Shown: positions 14,134 to 27,419 of the stretch, piece after piece
Layout: every line of letters starts with the position of its first letter
How positions within the stretch are numbered: the stretch's first letter is position 1
NCBI GenBank assembly: GCA_964016885.1
Contig: OZ024740.1
Span: forward strand, 215,574,001 to 215,638,000
DNA: 64,000 nucleotides
Direction: 5' to 3'
Source of the DNA: Eledone cirrhosa
Lineage: Eukaryota
The notes under the pieces: generated by a model
Seen by the model: only the letters and a program-made list of their open reading frames with translations
Database searches by the model: none
What the model was told of the DNA's origin: nothing
Translations under genes and position numbers: made by a program

Positions 14134-15517
14134 AGTGGAAGCTTAGTAAAATCGAAGCTTTGGCTGTGGGCAAGCAAAGTCGACCTCCAATAACGAATGA
14201 GTAGCAAAGCACTCAATAAGGGTAGGTCCTTAGAGTAAAAATATTACGTTTAAAAGTTTGACAATTTGAAAATTGCGGTAGGTAAAACCCAACCATACAA
14301 TACCAAAAAAACAACGAAAGAACTAATCAGGTAAAACAACAGACCTGGATATGTCGGACGATATTCTGCAATACTTCCGATATGTTTCTATAAATCCGAA
14401 ATCATCTATCCAACTTACGTAACACGTAAGCTTGTGGTATTCCATGATCGAACAGGGGATTCACTTCATCAACAGGGATTCCGTTCTTTTGCCTCTAACT
14501 GGTGTGAACATTAACTAAATGCGACTGCCACAATAGACAGCGAATTTCGTTGTCCCGTGTTATTTCCAACAAGGGAAGCAGCCCCCGGTTTTTGTCGGGT
14601 AAATTCAAAGGAAAAATATTTCCGCTAACATTCCGAATAAAAGCTCTCAACCAGTCGTTATTAAACAAACACAAATAATTAACCAATCAACAGAATTGTT
14701 TAATTAAATTAATTAATTAATTATTAAGTCTAGGAGATAATGATACAAGTGGAAGCTTAGTGTGTGTGTGTTTTATTTGTTATGAGTGTTTTGGAATATG
14801 TTTTGTGTTTACCATTACATCAATTTTATTTTATACTGTATGTATTGTTTACTACAACTTTCTGAATTTCAGTATTACTTATTTATTAGTTTAGACTGTG
14901 ATCTTATTTTGGTTCTAGATTTTCCAATTGTTAAGGCAATGGTTAAGTTGGGTTGACTGTTTAAAGGGTTGATTGGATTGTGGTTTGATATCAGTTTTGT
15001 GGGGGTTTATTTGTTAATTATATGGGATGTTGATTTCGGGAAAGGTTTGGACTTCGGTTGATAGGTAATTACAAGGATTTGGTTTTAGACGGTTCTAATT
15101 TTAATCTTTAAGTGAGTAATTCATTTCAGTGGAATTGTTCGTTATTAGGGGAGGTGTATTTTATCATAAAAGGGCCAAGAAGGTACAATGTAGTTTAATT
15201 TCGGCTCTGTTTCGTCGATGTTAAATGTTTAGAGTTTGTATATTGGTGGTTTTTCTGATTTAGTGTAAGTACAATACTGAATACTTAATAGAGTAGTGGT
15301 CACTGCAGATATATAGAAACCACGTAATGTGATGACTGGAGACTGATGACATTCGTCGCCTGCATACCAGTAATTAGTACAGGTTTGAGTATTTGTTATG
15401 CATAAGAGTGTGTTTTTAGAGTATAATTCTGAAGAGCGCCATTAATGTTTCTTCTTAAGACTAAAGCTACCGTAACACTTACGAGTAAAGCTATTGTAAA
15501 AGTTCTAAATAATATTA

Positions 15518-15719
15518 TAAGAAAGTCGGCAGCGAAGTTCATATGCTGACTATGAAGAAGTGATGCTAGTGCTGTGAAATCTTGCATACATTAATTTCAA
15601 GTCTTCTTATCAATAACTGCATTGTTTCTTTCCAGGAATTATGTTGAAGAGTAAACCCTATTTGGTCATTCCATGAGAATATCTTAGTCAGCTTCTGAAT
15701 TTATCAGCCGATCCTCGTA
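15518..15719. mobile_element. Degenerate mariner-derived MITE
   Basis: Homologous to 43886-44082; right end ttatcagccgatcctcgTA. Confidence 0.65.
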
Positions 15720-16017
15720 TTGTAAAACTTACTACAACTTTGTTTTTCAGCCAGCTAAGGTTGATAGAAAAGTACCAGTATAATACTGGGGTTGATTCTT
15801 CCTCTATATCTCTTTCTCACTTCCATCCTTTCATTTTCTATCCTTCTCTGGAAGAAATCTGTTGTATTCAGACCTGGAGAGTAGATGGACTCCGCCAGAT
15901 TAAAAAAGAAATACACTAGAAAGGCCGTATATCAATATGACACCCATAGGACTCCCTGAGGTGTTACGGGTCCATATATATATTGTAATACTCAAGGTTG
16001 ATAGTCTTGTGGTGGTC

Positions 16018-16718
16018 ATGACTGTATGTTAAAAGTTATGACTGATGCTCTGGTAAAAGTTATGAATGATGCTAGTTTAAAAGTTATGACTGGTGCTCTA
16101 TTAAAAGTTATGACTGATGCTCTGGTAAAAGTTATGAGTGATGCTAGTTTAAAAGGTATGACTGGTGCTCTGTTAAAAGTTATGACTGATGCTCTGGTAA
16201 AAGTTATGACTGATGCTATTGTAAAAGTTATGACTGATACTATTGTAGACGTTATAACTGATGCTATTGTAAAAGTTATGACAGATGCTTTGGTAAAATT
16301 TATGACTGATACTCTTGTAAAAGTTATGACTAATGCTATTGTAAAAGTTATAACTGATGCTATTGTAAAAGTTATGACTGATGCTTTGGTAAAAGTTATG
16401 ACTGATGTTCTGGTAAAAATTATGACTGATACTATTGTAAAAGTTATGACTGATGCTCTGGTAAAAGTTATGACTGATGCTATTGTAAAAGTTATGACTG
16501 ATGCTTTGGTAAAAGTTATGACTGATGCTTTGGTAAAAGTTATGACTAATGCTATTGTAAAAGTTATGATTGATGATATTGTAAACGTTATGACTGATGT
16601 TATTGTAAACGTTATGACTGATGTTATTGTAAAAGTTATGACTGATGCTATTGTAAATGTTATGACTGATTTTTATGACAAAAGTTATGACTAGTTATTG
16701 TAGAATGTCATGACTGTT
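16018..16718. repeat. 24-bp minisatellite (GTAAAAGTTATGACTGATGCTATT-like)
   Basis: Visible tandem unit; explains the VKVMTDAI ORF. Confidence 0.95.
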
Positions 16719-16898
16719 GTTAACCAGCTCAAGGTATTATTTTCACTGTTGATACTGGATATATTTCATATGTGCGAAACTTCTGTTTGGGAGATGAATT
16801 ATAGAACCAAGAATTGGACAAATATAAATAAACAAACATAGCAGTTAATATAATTTGGAATATGAGTAAAGATTGTGTGTGTGTGTGTGTGTGTGTGA

Positions 16899-16983
<85 letters not shown>

Positions 16984-17006
16984 TGTGTGTGCGTGTGCGT
17001 GCGTGC

Positions 17007-17052
<46 letters not shown>

Positions 17053-17518
17053 TTGTATGTATGTTTGTATGTATGTGTGTATGTATGTATGTATGTATGG
17101 TTATATGGTTATATGTATGGTTGTATGTATGTATGTTTGTATGTATGTATGTTTGTATGTTCTTCTGGTTTTATAATTTCACAAATTTTTAATAGAGAGT
17201 CGGTTTCTAACATAGACACAAGACTCTCTCATTGGAATTTACACAACATCAACTAGGTAGATTATGTATGCATGCCTGCATGTGTAGATATGAATGTTAC
17301 TGTATGTGTGGATATGTATGTTTTGAGTTGTATGTGTGCATATGTATATGCTTTGCATCTGTTCATGTGTATATGCAGTTATTAGATGCAAAAGGTTTGG
17401 AATGTTTTACATATTTTTTACTGTTCCATTAATGGATTGTACTTGTAATTTTCTAACTAGTTGTGTTCTTTCTGTTCCTGTGAAGCCTAGCTTCTCAAGA
17501 TTTGTATTGAGGCAGTTA

Positions 17519-18016
17519 CTAACATATCCCAGTGCCTCCAATAATCACAGGCATAAATCTGAAGGTGTAATCAGGGTGGAGTATCTGCAGATTTCTCATC
17601 AGTTCTGCATAAATATTCTCCTTTTCACTAATCTTTGATATTATATTGGCATCTGCTGGGCAGCTAATTTCCACTACTGTGCATGTTTTCTTCTCCCTGT
17701 CCCATATCATAATATTTGGTCTGTTTTGCCTGCATTTTATTGGGGTTTTTACTGGAACATTCCACCAGTACTCTTTCATATTATGTACATGGATGTCTTC
17801 CACATTGTTGTAGCTTTTAATGTGTTTATTATCGGGGCTATCGCTTTTACGAACTGCATTGTACAGTGTTTTGGCCACTACATCATGCCTCATAGGTAGA
17901 TAGTACCGCGATGACATCTTTGGGCAGCTGCTGATGACATGGGTGATATCCTCGATGTTAGTTCTGCAGAGTCTGCACTTGTTATCACATCTAGGTGTTT
18001 TGCCTGCATCCCTATC
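17519..18016 (-). pseudogene. CCHC zinc finger and restriction-like endonuclease of the R4/Dong element
   Basis: CRLC...HVISSC (17920-17980), RHDVVAK, RPNIMIWD, VVEISCP, PVIIG. Confidence 0.85.
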
Positions 18017-19864
18017 TCATTTGTGAATCAGGTATTTCGTGCTAATCTCCTGTTCTTGGATTGCAAAAGCGTATCCTTCAAAGTGGGAGCCAATATAGCG
18101 GTTGTTGGTCCAAGATAGACTACTTTCCTTATCCATACTACTCTCACTCTGGAGCTTCCTGGCAACATATCCATGCATGATTTTTTGCTGATAGGCATGC
18201 AGTTTTTCATCCATGGATTCACTGCGATACTGCTGAGCGACATCCCTGGGTGTGAGTTTTTGATTATCACACAGGGAATATCTCTCAAAGAGTTCCTTCT
18301 CAACTCTCATGATCTCATCTGTTTCATGCAGATAGACTTGCTCGAGAAGCGGGCTCCTACGCTTCGAGGTTCGTAGATGTTGTCGGAGAGATATGATGCG
18401 ATATTCAAATGTTGTCTGGACTGATGTTAGGCCTCTGCCTCCCTGCTTACGTTTCAAGTAAAGGCGGTCTATGTCACTGTTGATGTGGAAGTTTCCGGTG
18501 TTGTTCAGTATTTTTCGAGTTCCAACATCAACTGCTCGAATTTCGTCTATTGTCCAATTGAGTATTCCAAACGTTGGTGTTAGGACAGGCACAGCAAACA
18601 CATTGTGAGCCACTGTTTTGTTTTGCGCAGAGAGTTCCGATGACCAGATCTTTCTTAATCGGGTGTAGTATTCCCTGGTTACGCGTTCTTTATTACAGAT
18701 ACCATTATAGGATATGTTCTCATCTATCCCCAGGTATCTGTAGCAGTCCTCATCAGATATCGGTGAAACAGTTAGACCATTGATGACAATGTTGCTAGAT
18801 TGGGTTGTTGTTTTTCCCCGCTTTACAGTCATGTATGAGCATTTATCTTGGCCAAACCCCATTCCTATATACTTTGAGAACGTTGTAACCAGGTCAAGAT
18901 TTTTCTTCATCCCATCCATGTTCTTGGCATAGAGTTTCAGATCGTCCACAAAGAAGTTATGGGTTAGGTTCGTATTTCTGTCCTCCTGTGAGCCAATGAT
19001 GTATCCCTCACATTTCTTGAGCAGAAAGGACAAGGGGTTTAATGACAAGATGAACAATATCACAGAGAGACTGTTCCCCTGAAATATACCCCTGCAATAT
19101 TTTATTTTATCAGTGATAATAGAGTCCTCCCTCTCTGTCTTTAACCTTAGGATAGTAGCCCAAGAAGAAGACAGCCTCTCTATGGCTCTGACAATAATGT
19201 CTGGGACTTTAGCAAGTTGGAGGGCCTCTATCATCCAAGAGTGGGGAACAGAATCGAAAGCTTTCTTGTAGTCCAGCCAGACTGTAGTCATATTCCTCCT
19301 AAGTTGTCGCACCTCCGACATCGCAGTTTTGTTGATTAGGAGTTGTTCAGCACATCCCCAAACCCTTTTCTTTCCAGCTGCTTGTTCATCTGTGATGATG
19401 TTATTATTTTCACAGTGATCTTGGAGGAATAGGTTCAGGCAGGCTGTATACATATTATACATCAGGTTCTGGCATGCAATGGGTCGGTAGTTTTTTGCCA
19501 AGTGGGTGTCTTTGTTCTTGGGGACCAGTAACGTTTGTGCTAATGTCAACCATTCTGGTATAAGTGTATCTCCCTCAAGAACTTGTTGGTAGAGGTCAGT
19601 AAGATACCTCCGATAGAATATTAGTTTTTTGTACCAGTAGCCGACAATCATGTCTCTTCCTGGTGTTTTCTTATCTTGGAGTTTTCCTATCACAGTCTCA
19701 GGGGTACCCTCACTTATTTCGTATGTTTTTGTTGTAGTGTAGGAGCAATAGTTCTTTCGGATTTCTCTTAGCCACACTGCATCTTGGTTGAAATTCTTCT
19801 TTTCACCCCATATTTTTCTCCAAAAGGAATCTATGTCTTTCTGGGATGGGGGCCTCAGTGACAC
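18017..19864 (-). pseudogene. Non-LTR reverse transcriptase (R4/Dong-like)
   Basis: NYRPIAC, WLDYKKAFDSVPH, GIFQGNSLS, FFVDDLKLY, YRYLGI, RLYLKRKQGGRGL. Confidence 0.93.
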
Positions 19865-21479
19865 TTATTATTTTGCCCTTTATATCTCTATAGACTGATG
19901 TTTGGTTTCGTCTGAATCTTTTATTAAGCATTTTTCTCTCATCTACCTTCTTCGGGTATCGGCGTTTTTCGCTAACAGCTCTCAATTCTTGTTTGAGGGC
20001 GATTATATTGAAGAGTTCTGGTTCTACTGTTACCAAACATCGTCTCTATTTTATTTTTCACTCTTTGTTGGTGAGGAGTGAGGTTTTTTTGTGTTTGTTT
20101 GCATGTAAGGAGCATTGTCACATGTCCTATGTTTTTTCGTAGGTCAGCACTCTTTTTTTCTATTTTAGTTATATATGATGGTATTTCTGGTGGTGTTTTG
20201 TTCTTGTTAATATCTCTGCGATCATTGTCATTGCTAAGGCATATAAACAGGCGTTGATTTGCCAAAATGTTGGGGTTTTTATCCGTCGTAAATATTCATC
20301 CCCTATTTCGTCAATAACACGTAATATTTCATTATTTGGTTTTTTATTCACCATTGTCATTTTAACACGTTCAGCCAGAGAGATATTTATACATGAGTCT
20401 GGAAGGTTTCGCTGAGGGAAATTTTCAATTGTTTATACTTTTGATTATCATTATCGATAGTATTTTCCACAACAGTCGAGGTAGACTCGGATGGTATACG
20501 TGGTGTCACATTTATTCGATTATTATTATTATTTCTTCGATTATTATTATCGATAGTGTTTTCCTTAGCATTCAAGGTAGACTTAGATGGTACAGGTGGT
20601 GTCAAGTTTCTTACAGGCATAATTGTTTCAAGGCACTGTTCGACCTGGCTGCTAGAAATCTAGTAACAGGGCGATCTGTAGCACGTGTTGTTGATTCCAT
20701 GTTTGTTGTGGGGGACTTACAATTAATAATATTTATCTTATTTTTACGTTCAACCAACGTCGCTTGTTGGCGTAATTGTTTCGCTGTGAAATAATTTAGC
20801 TCTGGGTGCATTTCGTCCCAGTGTTGCTTCATTCTATTCATATAGCCAATGGAGGGATTGTTTTTTGCCATTTTATAACAATTAAATAAATCACTATTAA
20901 GTTCGCAACTCCAAGAGAAATGCGATTTATAATTTCGGTTTCTTCTGTAGCTACAACTGAATAAAGTTTGATTACCTTCTTTGTTATTTGTCTTCGATAC
21001 TTCCTTAATTTTCTTGTTGATGTTGTGTTCAGCCATGCTGTTTGTAGCAAATCCTTGTAAAATGAATTATGTATTTAGTCGGATATCTCTACGAATTCGA
21101 ATAAAAGGTGTCTTCAGAAGGGATAGTTAGAAGAATAACCAGTTATTCAACCTGGCTGTAATTGTGGCATTACTGTCGGAGATAGTATTCATCTTAAATT
21201 TAATAAATAGTCTCCCACGCAAAAATATGCGACTGATCGCGTTGACTATGTATGTATGTATGTTTGTATGTATGTATGTTTGTATGTATGTATGTATGTT
21301 TGTATGTATGTATGGTTGTATGTATGTATGTGTGTATGTATGTTTGTATGTTTGTATGGTTATATGTATGTATATTTGTATGTATGTATGTATGTTTGAT
21401 TCTATGTATGTTTGTATGTATGTATGCTTGTATGTATGTATGTGTCAGGTCACCAGTTGGTACTACTGGTAACATGTAT

Positions 21480-21722
21480 CCCAGTACAACCTGTCCCATG
21501 GTCGGGTCGTTGGCGACTAAATTGGCAACCCCACCAAGGTTTCTTGGTGAGGAGGGTGGCTTTGGACATCCTGCAGGACTAAAAACAAAACCTGTCAGAG
21601 GGAAAAGGAGCTCTTAAGAGTCAATGGCCATCCAAAATCACCGGGAGAGATGACCCCTTAGCCTTTGTCAAGGCAGAATTCTAGGAGAAGGAAAACTCTG
21701 ATATAACACCTGAAACTCTGAT
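21480..21722 (+). mobile_element. Interspersed repeat resembling an RTE-type LINE 5' UTR
   Basis: tagcctttgtc..ggca...ttctaggagaagg..aactc motif shared with 43060-43125. Confidence 0.4.
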
Positions 21723-22537
21723 GGTATTTGACTCTGATGATGTTGACTTGTTCTTCTTTTTGGTAAATATCATCTTGGTTAAGAGAGTGGGACTGGCTTT
21801 GTGCAATGCCTTTGCTCACTATAAAAGCTTCACGGCACAGGCATTGCTTTATATCTGGAGATCTCTCTGCAATTGTCGTCATATGGTACCATGGGCCCAG
21901 CACTATGTGTCAATAATTGTCACACGTGTAATGTTTGTACCAGAGTTTTCAAGTCGATGGCTGGACTAAAAAGTCACACTCGTTCAGCGCATCGGTAAGG
22001 GTTCTCCTACATGGATATAAAGTAGTGGCCGTACTCGAAAACGAGTTGGCAGCCACCATGTATGTATGTATGTATGCTTGTATGTATGCATGTGTGTTTG
22101 AGTATGTATGTGTTTGTGTGTAATTGTATTTGTGTATATGTGTGCGTGTGTGTTAGTGTGTGCGTATATGTGTGAGTTTGTATGTGTGTTTGTAACTGTT
22201 TATGTGTGTGTGCATGTGTTAGTGTGTGCGCATGTGTGTGTGACGTATATGTGTGTTAGTCTGTGTGCATGTGTATGTAATTATGTGTACGTATGTGTAG
22301 GTTTGTGTGTGCATGTGTGTATATGTGTGTGTATCTGCGTGTATGTGTGTGCGTATGTATGTGAGTATTTGTATGTGAATGTGTGTTTATATATGTGTAT
22401 ATATGTGAGTGTGTATGTGTGTGTATGTGTGTATGTGTGTGTATGTGTGTATGTGTGTATGTGTGTATGTATATATGTGTATGTGTATGACTGTATCTGT
22501 ATGTATATATATGTGTGTGCATGTTTGTATGTGTATG

Positions 22538-22570
<33 letters not shown>

Positions 22571-22631
22571 ATGTGTGTGTTCAGTAAGACAATCTGTCTT
22601 CTCATATATCAGAACTCAGCCCACATCTTCA

Positions 22632-22753
22632 GCAGTAACAACAACAACGGCAGCAGCACTACCACCACCACCACCACTAACAACAACAATAACAACAACA
22701 ACAGCACCGCCCCCACCACCACCACCACCACCACCACCACCACCACCACCACC

Positions 22754-22785
<32 letters not shown>

Positions 22786-23190
22786 CAACAGCAGCAGCAC
22801 CAGCAGCACCAGCAGCACCAGCACCACCATCAACAACAACAGCAGCAGCAACAACAACAACAGCAGCAGCAGCAGAGCAGCACCAGCACCACCACCAACA
22901 ACAACAGCAGCAGCAACAACAACAACAACAGCAACAGCAACACCAGTACCACCATCAACAACAACAGCAGCAGGAAGACAAACAACAACAGCAGCAGCAA
23001 CACAAACAACACCAACAACAACAACACCACCACCAACAACAACAACAACACCACCATCAACAACAACAACAACACCACCACCACCAACAACAACAACACC
23101 ACCACCAACAGCAACAACAACACCACCACTACCAACAACAACAACAACAACACCACTACCAACAACAACAACAACAACAACAACACTACC

Positions 23191-23230
<40 letters not shown>

Positions 23231-23980
23231 CCATCAACAACAACAACAACACCACCACCAACAACAACAACAACACCACCACCAACAGCAACAACAACAC
23301 CACCACTACCAACAACAACAACACCACCAACAACAACAACACCACTACCAACAACAACAACAACACCACTACCAACAACAACAACAACACCAACACCACC
23401 ACCAACAACAACACCACCACTACCAACAACAACAACAACAACACCACCACCAACAACAACACCACCACTACCAACAACAACAACACCACCACCACCAACA
23501 ACAACGCCACCACCACCAACAACAACAACACCACCACCACCACCAACAACAACAACACCACCAATAACAACAACAACAACACCACCACTACCAACAACAA
23601 CAACAACACCAACACCACCACCAACAACAACACCACCACTACCAACAATAACAACAACACCACCACCACCAACAACAACACCACCACCACCACCAACAAC
23701 AACAACACTACCACCACTACCAACAACAACAACACCACCACCAACAACAACAACAACACCGCCAACAACAACGTCGACAACAACAGCAACAACAACAGCA
23801 AGACAAACAACAACAACAACAGCAACACCAACACTACCAACAACAACAACAGCTGCAAGACAAACAACAACAACACTACCACCACCACACCACCACCACT
23901 AACAACAACAACACCACCACCAACAACAACAACTACAGCAACAACACTACCACCACCACCAACAACAACAACAACAACAG
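22632..23980. repeat. Compound (CAA)/(CAC)/(CAG) trinucleotide tract
   Basis: Visible. Confidence 0.95.
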
Positions 23981-24183
23981 GAAGAACAGTACAATATATC
24001 TATATTTAAAGGAAATAACAGGTGTCCAGCTTCTTTTGATGTTATTTTCACAATATCAAGTTATATTTTCGACAAACACATCTTATTCATACTTCATCTT
24101 TATCAACTAGCCAGCTTCTTTCCTTCTAATTATTCAGAAAACTTGCTTACACTCTTCTTCTCTCGACTCTTTCTCCCTCTCTC

Positions 24184-24262
<79 letters not shown>

Positions 24263-24396
24263 ATATCTCTCTCTCTCTCTCTGTATATATATGTGTGTAT
24301 ATATATAATCAAATGTGGAGAGGAAGCACACAAGTTAGGATATATATATATTAAAATACAAATATTAATAAAATAGATGTTCTTTTGATCAATTAA

Positions 24397-24449
24397 ATTT
24401 TATTATACATATTTCAGAGGTACAACAGTACGTCCTCATCAGACAAAAT
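24397..24449 (-). ncRNA. Type I minimal hammerhead ribozyme within inverted repeat 24348-24582
   Basis: attttgt CTGATGA ggacgtac(tgtt)gtacctct GAAA tatgta TA ataaaat. Confidence 0.8.
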
Positions 24450-25025
24450 ATAATGATACATGACATACCCTGAGATGTTAAATGGTTAAGATTAAATCTA
24501 CCTTGATTAAATCTTAACCATTTAAAATAAAATTTAATTGATCAAAAGAACATCTATTTTATTAATATTTGTATTTTAATATTAATAACTCTGGAAAATA
24601 TTTATTTAAAGAGTGCTTCCAATCTACTGTAAAACTCATTCTTTGATGTACTCATTGAATCTTGTTTAACTCTTTAATATATATATATATATGAAAACAG
24701 GGAGAAAAAGACGATTATTAGGAAGAAAAATATATTTTTTTCCCTTTTTATTTTTTTCTCTCTTTTTTCTGGGTTAGAAAATGATTAAAACGAACTATTT
24801 TACTTTGTGTGAAGTCTTAAGGTATTAGTTGATTTATTTATTAATTAACAATGGCATTTATTTATTTATTTATTAATATATTTAATAATTGCCTATTACC
24901 GGTTTCAACATTTTTATGCATTATCAAATGATAATAATATGTATTGGTGTAGAATGGTGGTGTTGGACATGTTAAAGAAATGATGCAGAAAGAATAATGT
25001 TATTTACAAACAACGTTTATGAAGT

Positions 25026-25170
25026 GAAAAGAAAAAAAAAAAAGAAAAAAGAAAAAAGAAAAAAGAAAAAAGAAAAAAGAAAAAAGAAAAAAGAAAAAAG
25101 AAAAAAGAAAAAAGAAAAAAGAAAAAAGAAAAAAGAAAAAAGAAAAAAGAAAAAAGAAAAAAGAAAAAAA
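25026..25170. repeat. (GAAAAAA)n heptamer repeat
   Basis: Visible. Confidence 0.95.
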
Positions 25171-25746
25171 GGGAGGTAATGTGGAGCATAATAAGGCAAT
25201 GTGAAAGAAAAAATAATGTTATTTACAGGCATAGTTCTTGAAAATAAGCAGATCAAAATGTGTTAATATAGCAAGAGCGCTTAGTTGATCCATAATGGAG
25301 GCAAATGGTGGACTGGGGTTTGATATGATTTCCCTTTTTAGAGAGTTAATATGCAGGAGTAGGTAATTCAGCGTGGGAGAGAAATACTGGATGATTTTTA
25401 ATTTATTTAAGAAAAAGGATTAGGTAGGGTGTGAAGGGGGTAACTCTTTAGAGAGACATAGGTATTTGTAAATCCAGTTGATGGATGTGAATCCGAAATA
25501 TAGGGACAATTAAATCTCTCCCAAGGTAACTCTATCTCGTGTTATTATTTTTATTTTTTACGCTCTTTCCTACGTTCTTCTACACACTACACATCTTATT
25601 CTACATTCACTTACATCTCTCTCTTCACCACCGGATCTTGTTACCCGGAGAATTACCCATCTGCATTGTTGAGGCTTCCAAAACGACATAAAGAAAATAT
25701 ATCTTATTATTCTACAATGCTTCAAGCGAACGTCAATACTCTCATA

Positions 25747-25828
<82 letters not shown>

Positions 25829-26001
25829 ACTGAACAAAAAAGAAAAACGAACACAGACATATATATATATGTGTTCAAATCGTAAGGGACCAGATTCGCT
25901 AAGGTGAAAAGAATACTAACTATAGACAATAGGGTTTGCCAGACACAATTTAAGAATAAATCAAGAAAATAAATACAAATCATAATTGTGGTAACTACCA
26001 A

Positions 26002-26082
26002 TCACCCGGTCAATTTTGATAATACTGTTTCGCAATATTAATTATGAAGAGGAATACCAAATTCTTGCTCATCAGCGGGTGA
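26002..26082 (-). ncRNA. Type I hammerhead with mutated cleavage triplet (GAC instead of GTC)
   Basis: tcacccg CTGATGA gcaa...ttgc GAAA cagt(attatcaaa)attg AC cgggtga; 7-bp stem I. Confidence 0.7.
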
Positions 26083-26203
26083 ATAATTATTAGTATCCTG
26101 GTCTCTTCTAAGTATATTAAAAAACTGGATAGTGTGCGTATATATAACAACGCACATGGTATCAGAACTTAGCGTGTCTCGCAGACTCACACCACTAAAA
26201 ATA

Positions 26204-26245
<42 letters not shown>

Positions 26246-26526
26246 TTTTTGAATTTGTTTTGCAAGATTTCTTATCTGAAAAAGTTTCAGGGTAGAATAT
26301 AGAGTAAAGATTAAGCCCATCCTTAGCGGTCAATAACCAGCGACGTTGCGGACCTCCGGCCAGCCCGGGCCCAATGTCCCTTCACCAGATGGACATAAGT
26401 AGGTTTAATAATCACCACTTGAGGGCGGCCGACCAGAGTAGAAGCTGCTAAATGTTCGGTCGCCCTCATGTCTCTGATTTTCAGCCCTATGGATTTTGTC
26501 TATTATATTCCTTTGTTATATTTCAA

Positions 26527-26585
26527 ATATCTGATGATGTCACCGGATTCATACTGAACCCGGTCATTGAAATGATCATAGCATA
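26527..26585 (+). ncRNA. Hammerhead motif in PLE-type repeat 26503-26772
   Basis: CTGATGA tgtcaccgg...ccggtcatt GAAA tgatca TA; stem I weak. Confidence 0.6.
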
Positions 26586-26837
26586 ATAAACCTTTACACC
26601 AGTCTCGCCTCCTGTATATTTTATAATAATTAACTCCGTACTCGCACCACCAACTACACCAACGAAAACGGGTGAGTTGCATTACGTTGAGTTCGCTCCA
26701 TAATATTACATCTAGGTTGACCATATGGAATGACCAGTTCTATCCAGTGGTAAATCAACAAACCTAAATAAATATATATATACATATATATATATCGTTC
26801 TTGAATTTGTTTTGCAAGATATATATATATATATATA

Positions 26838-27419
26838 TGGAAAAAATGAAATTTCATTTCTCACTCTTAGTACGGCTGATACTTAAATATAAGTATGTAT
26901 ACGTACATACATATATGTATACAGACGTACAGTAGTATGTTTATACATACATACATGCACACACATATATATATGTACGTATGGGTTTACCGAACATTTA
27001 TTATAATGTTCGGTTTGTTTGTAAACAAACAGCCCAAATTAAGCCGTACAGTGTTCGGCAACCATCGTTGCTTTTTTGTTCAACACTGACAAAGGAACGA
27101 TGAACTAGTTTTTAGCTTATTAGCTGTCATCAGCACCGTATACCTTCCTGTCAGTCGATTGAAAATTTGAAAGTATATACTTTCCTTATGCATATTAACG
27201 GCTGAGCAGCCTAATTTGCATATTGAGTGAGTTAGTCGGCCGGGCGTACTGAAAACGATAAATGGAAAAAAACAAATTTCATTTCTCACTCTTAGTAGGG
27301 CTGATACTTAAATATAAGTATGTATACGTACATACATATATGTATACAGACGTACAGTAGTATGTATACACATACATACATGCACACATATATATATATG
27401 TACGTATGGGTTTACCGAA
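26838..27419 (-). mobile_element. Partial tandem (about 1.4 copies, 425-bp period) retrozyme-like repeat with a degenerate hammerhead at 27097-27139
   Basis: 26838-26994 repeated at about 27262-27419; minus strand acggtg CTGATGA cagct(aata)agcta AAAA ctag TT catcgt. Confidence 0.7.

Larger units (their letters stand above)
17161..21248 (-). mobile_element. R4/Dong-type non-LTR retrotransposon (RT plus restriction-like endonuclease), near full length, disrupted
   Basis: RT ORF 18017-19864 and RLE ORF 17519-17917 with upstream ORF fragments to 21036; both ends abut degenerate (TATG)n. Confidence 0.88.

Noticed and set aside
16026-16694. 222-aa VKVMTDA repeat protein
   Set aside because: 24-bp minisatellite artefact.
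22409-23902. Mucin-like Thr/Pro or poly-Q/H ORFs
   Set aside because: Trinucleotide tract open in several frames and both strands; starts within microsatellite; no domain.
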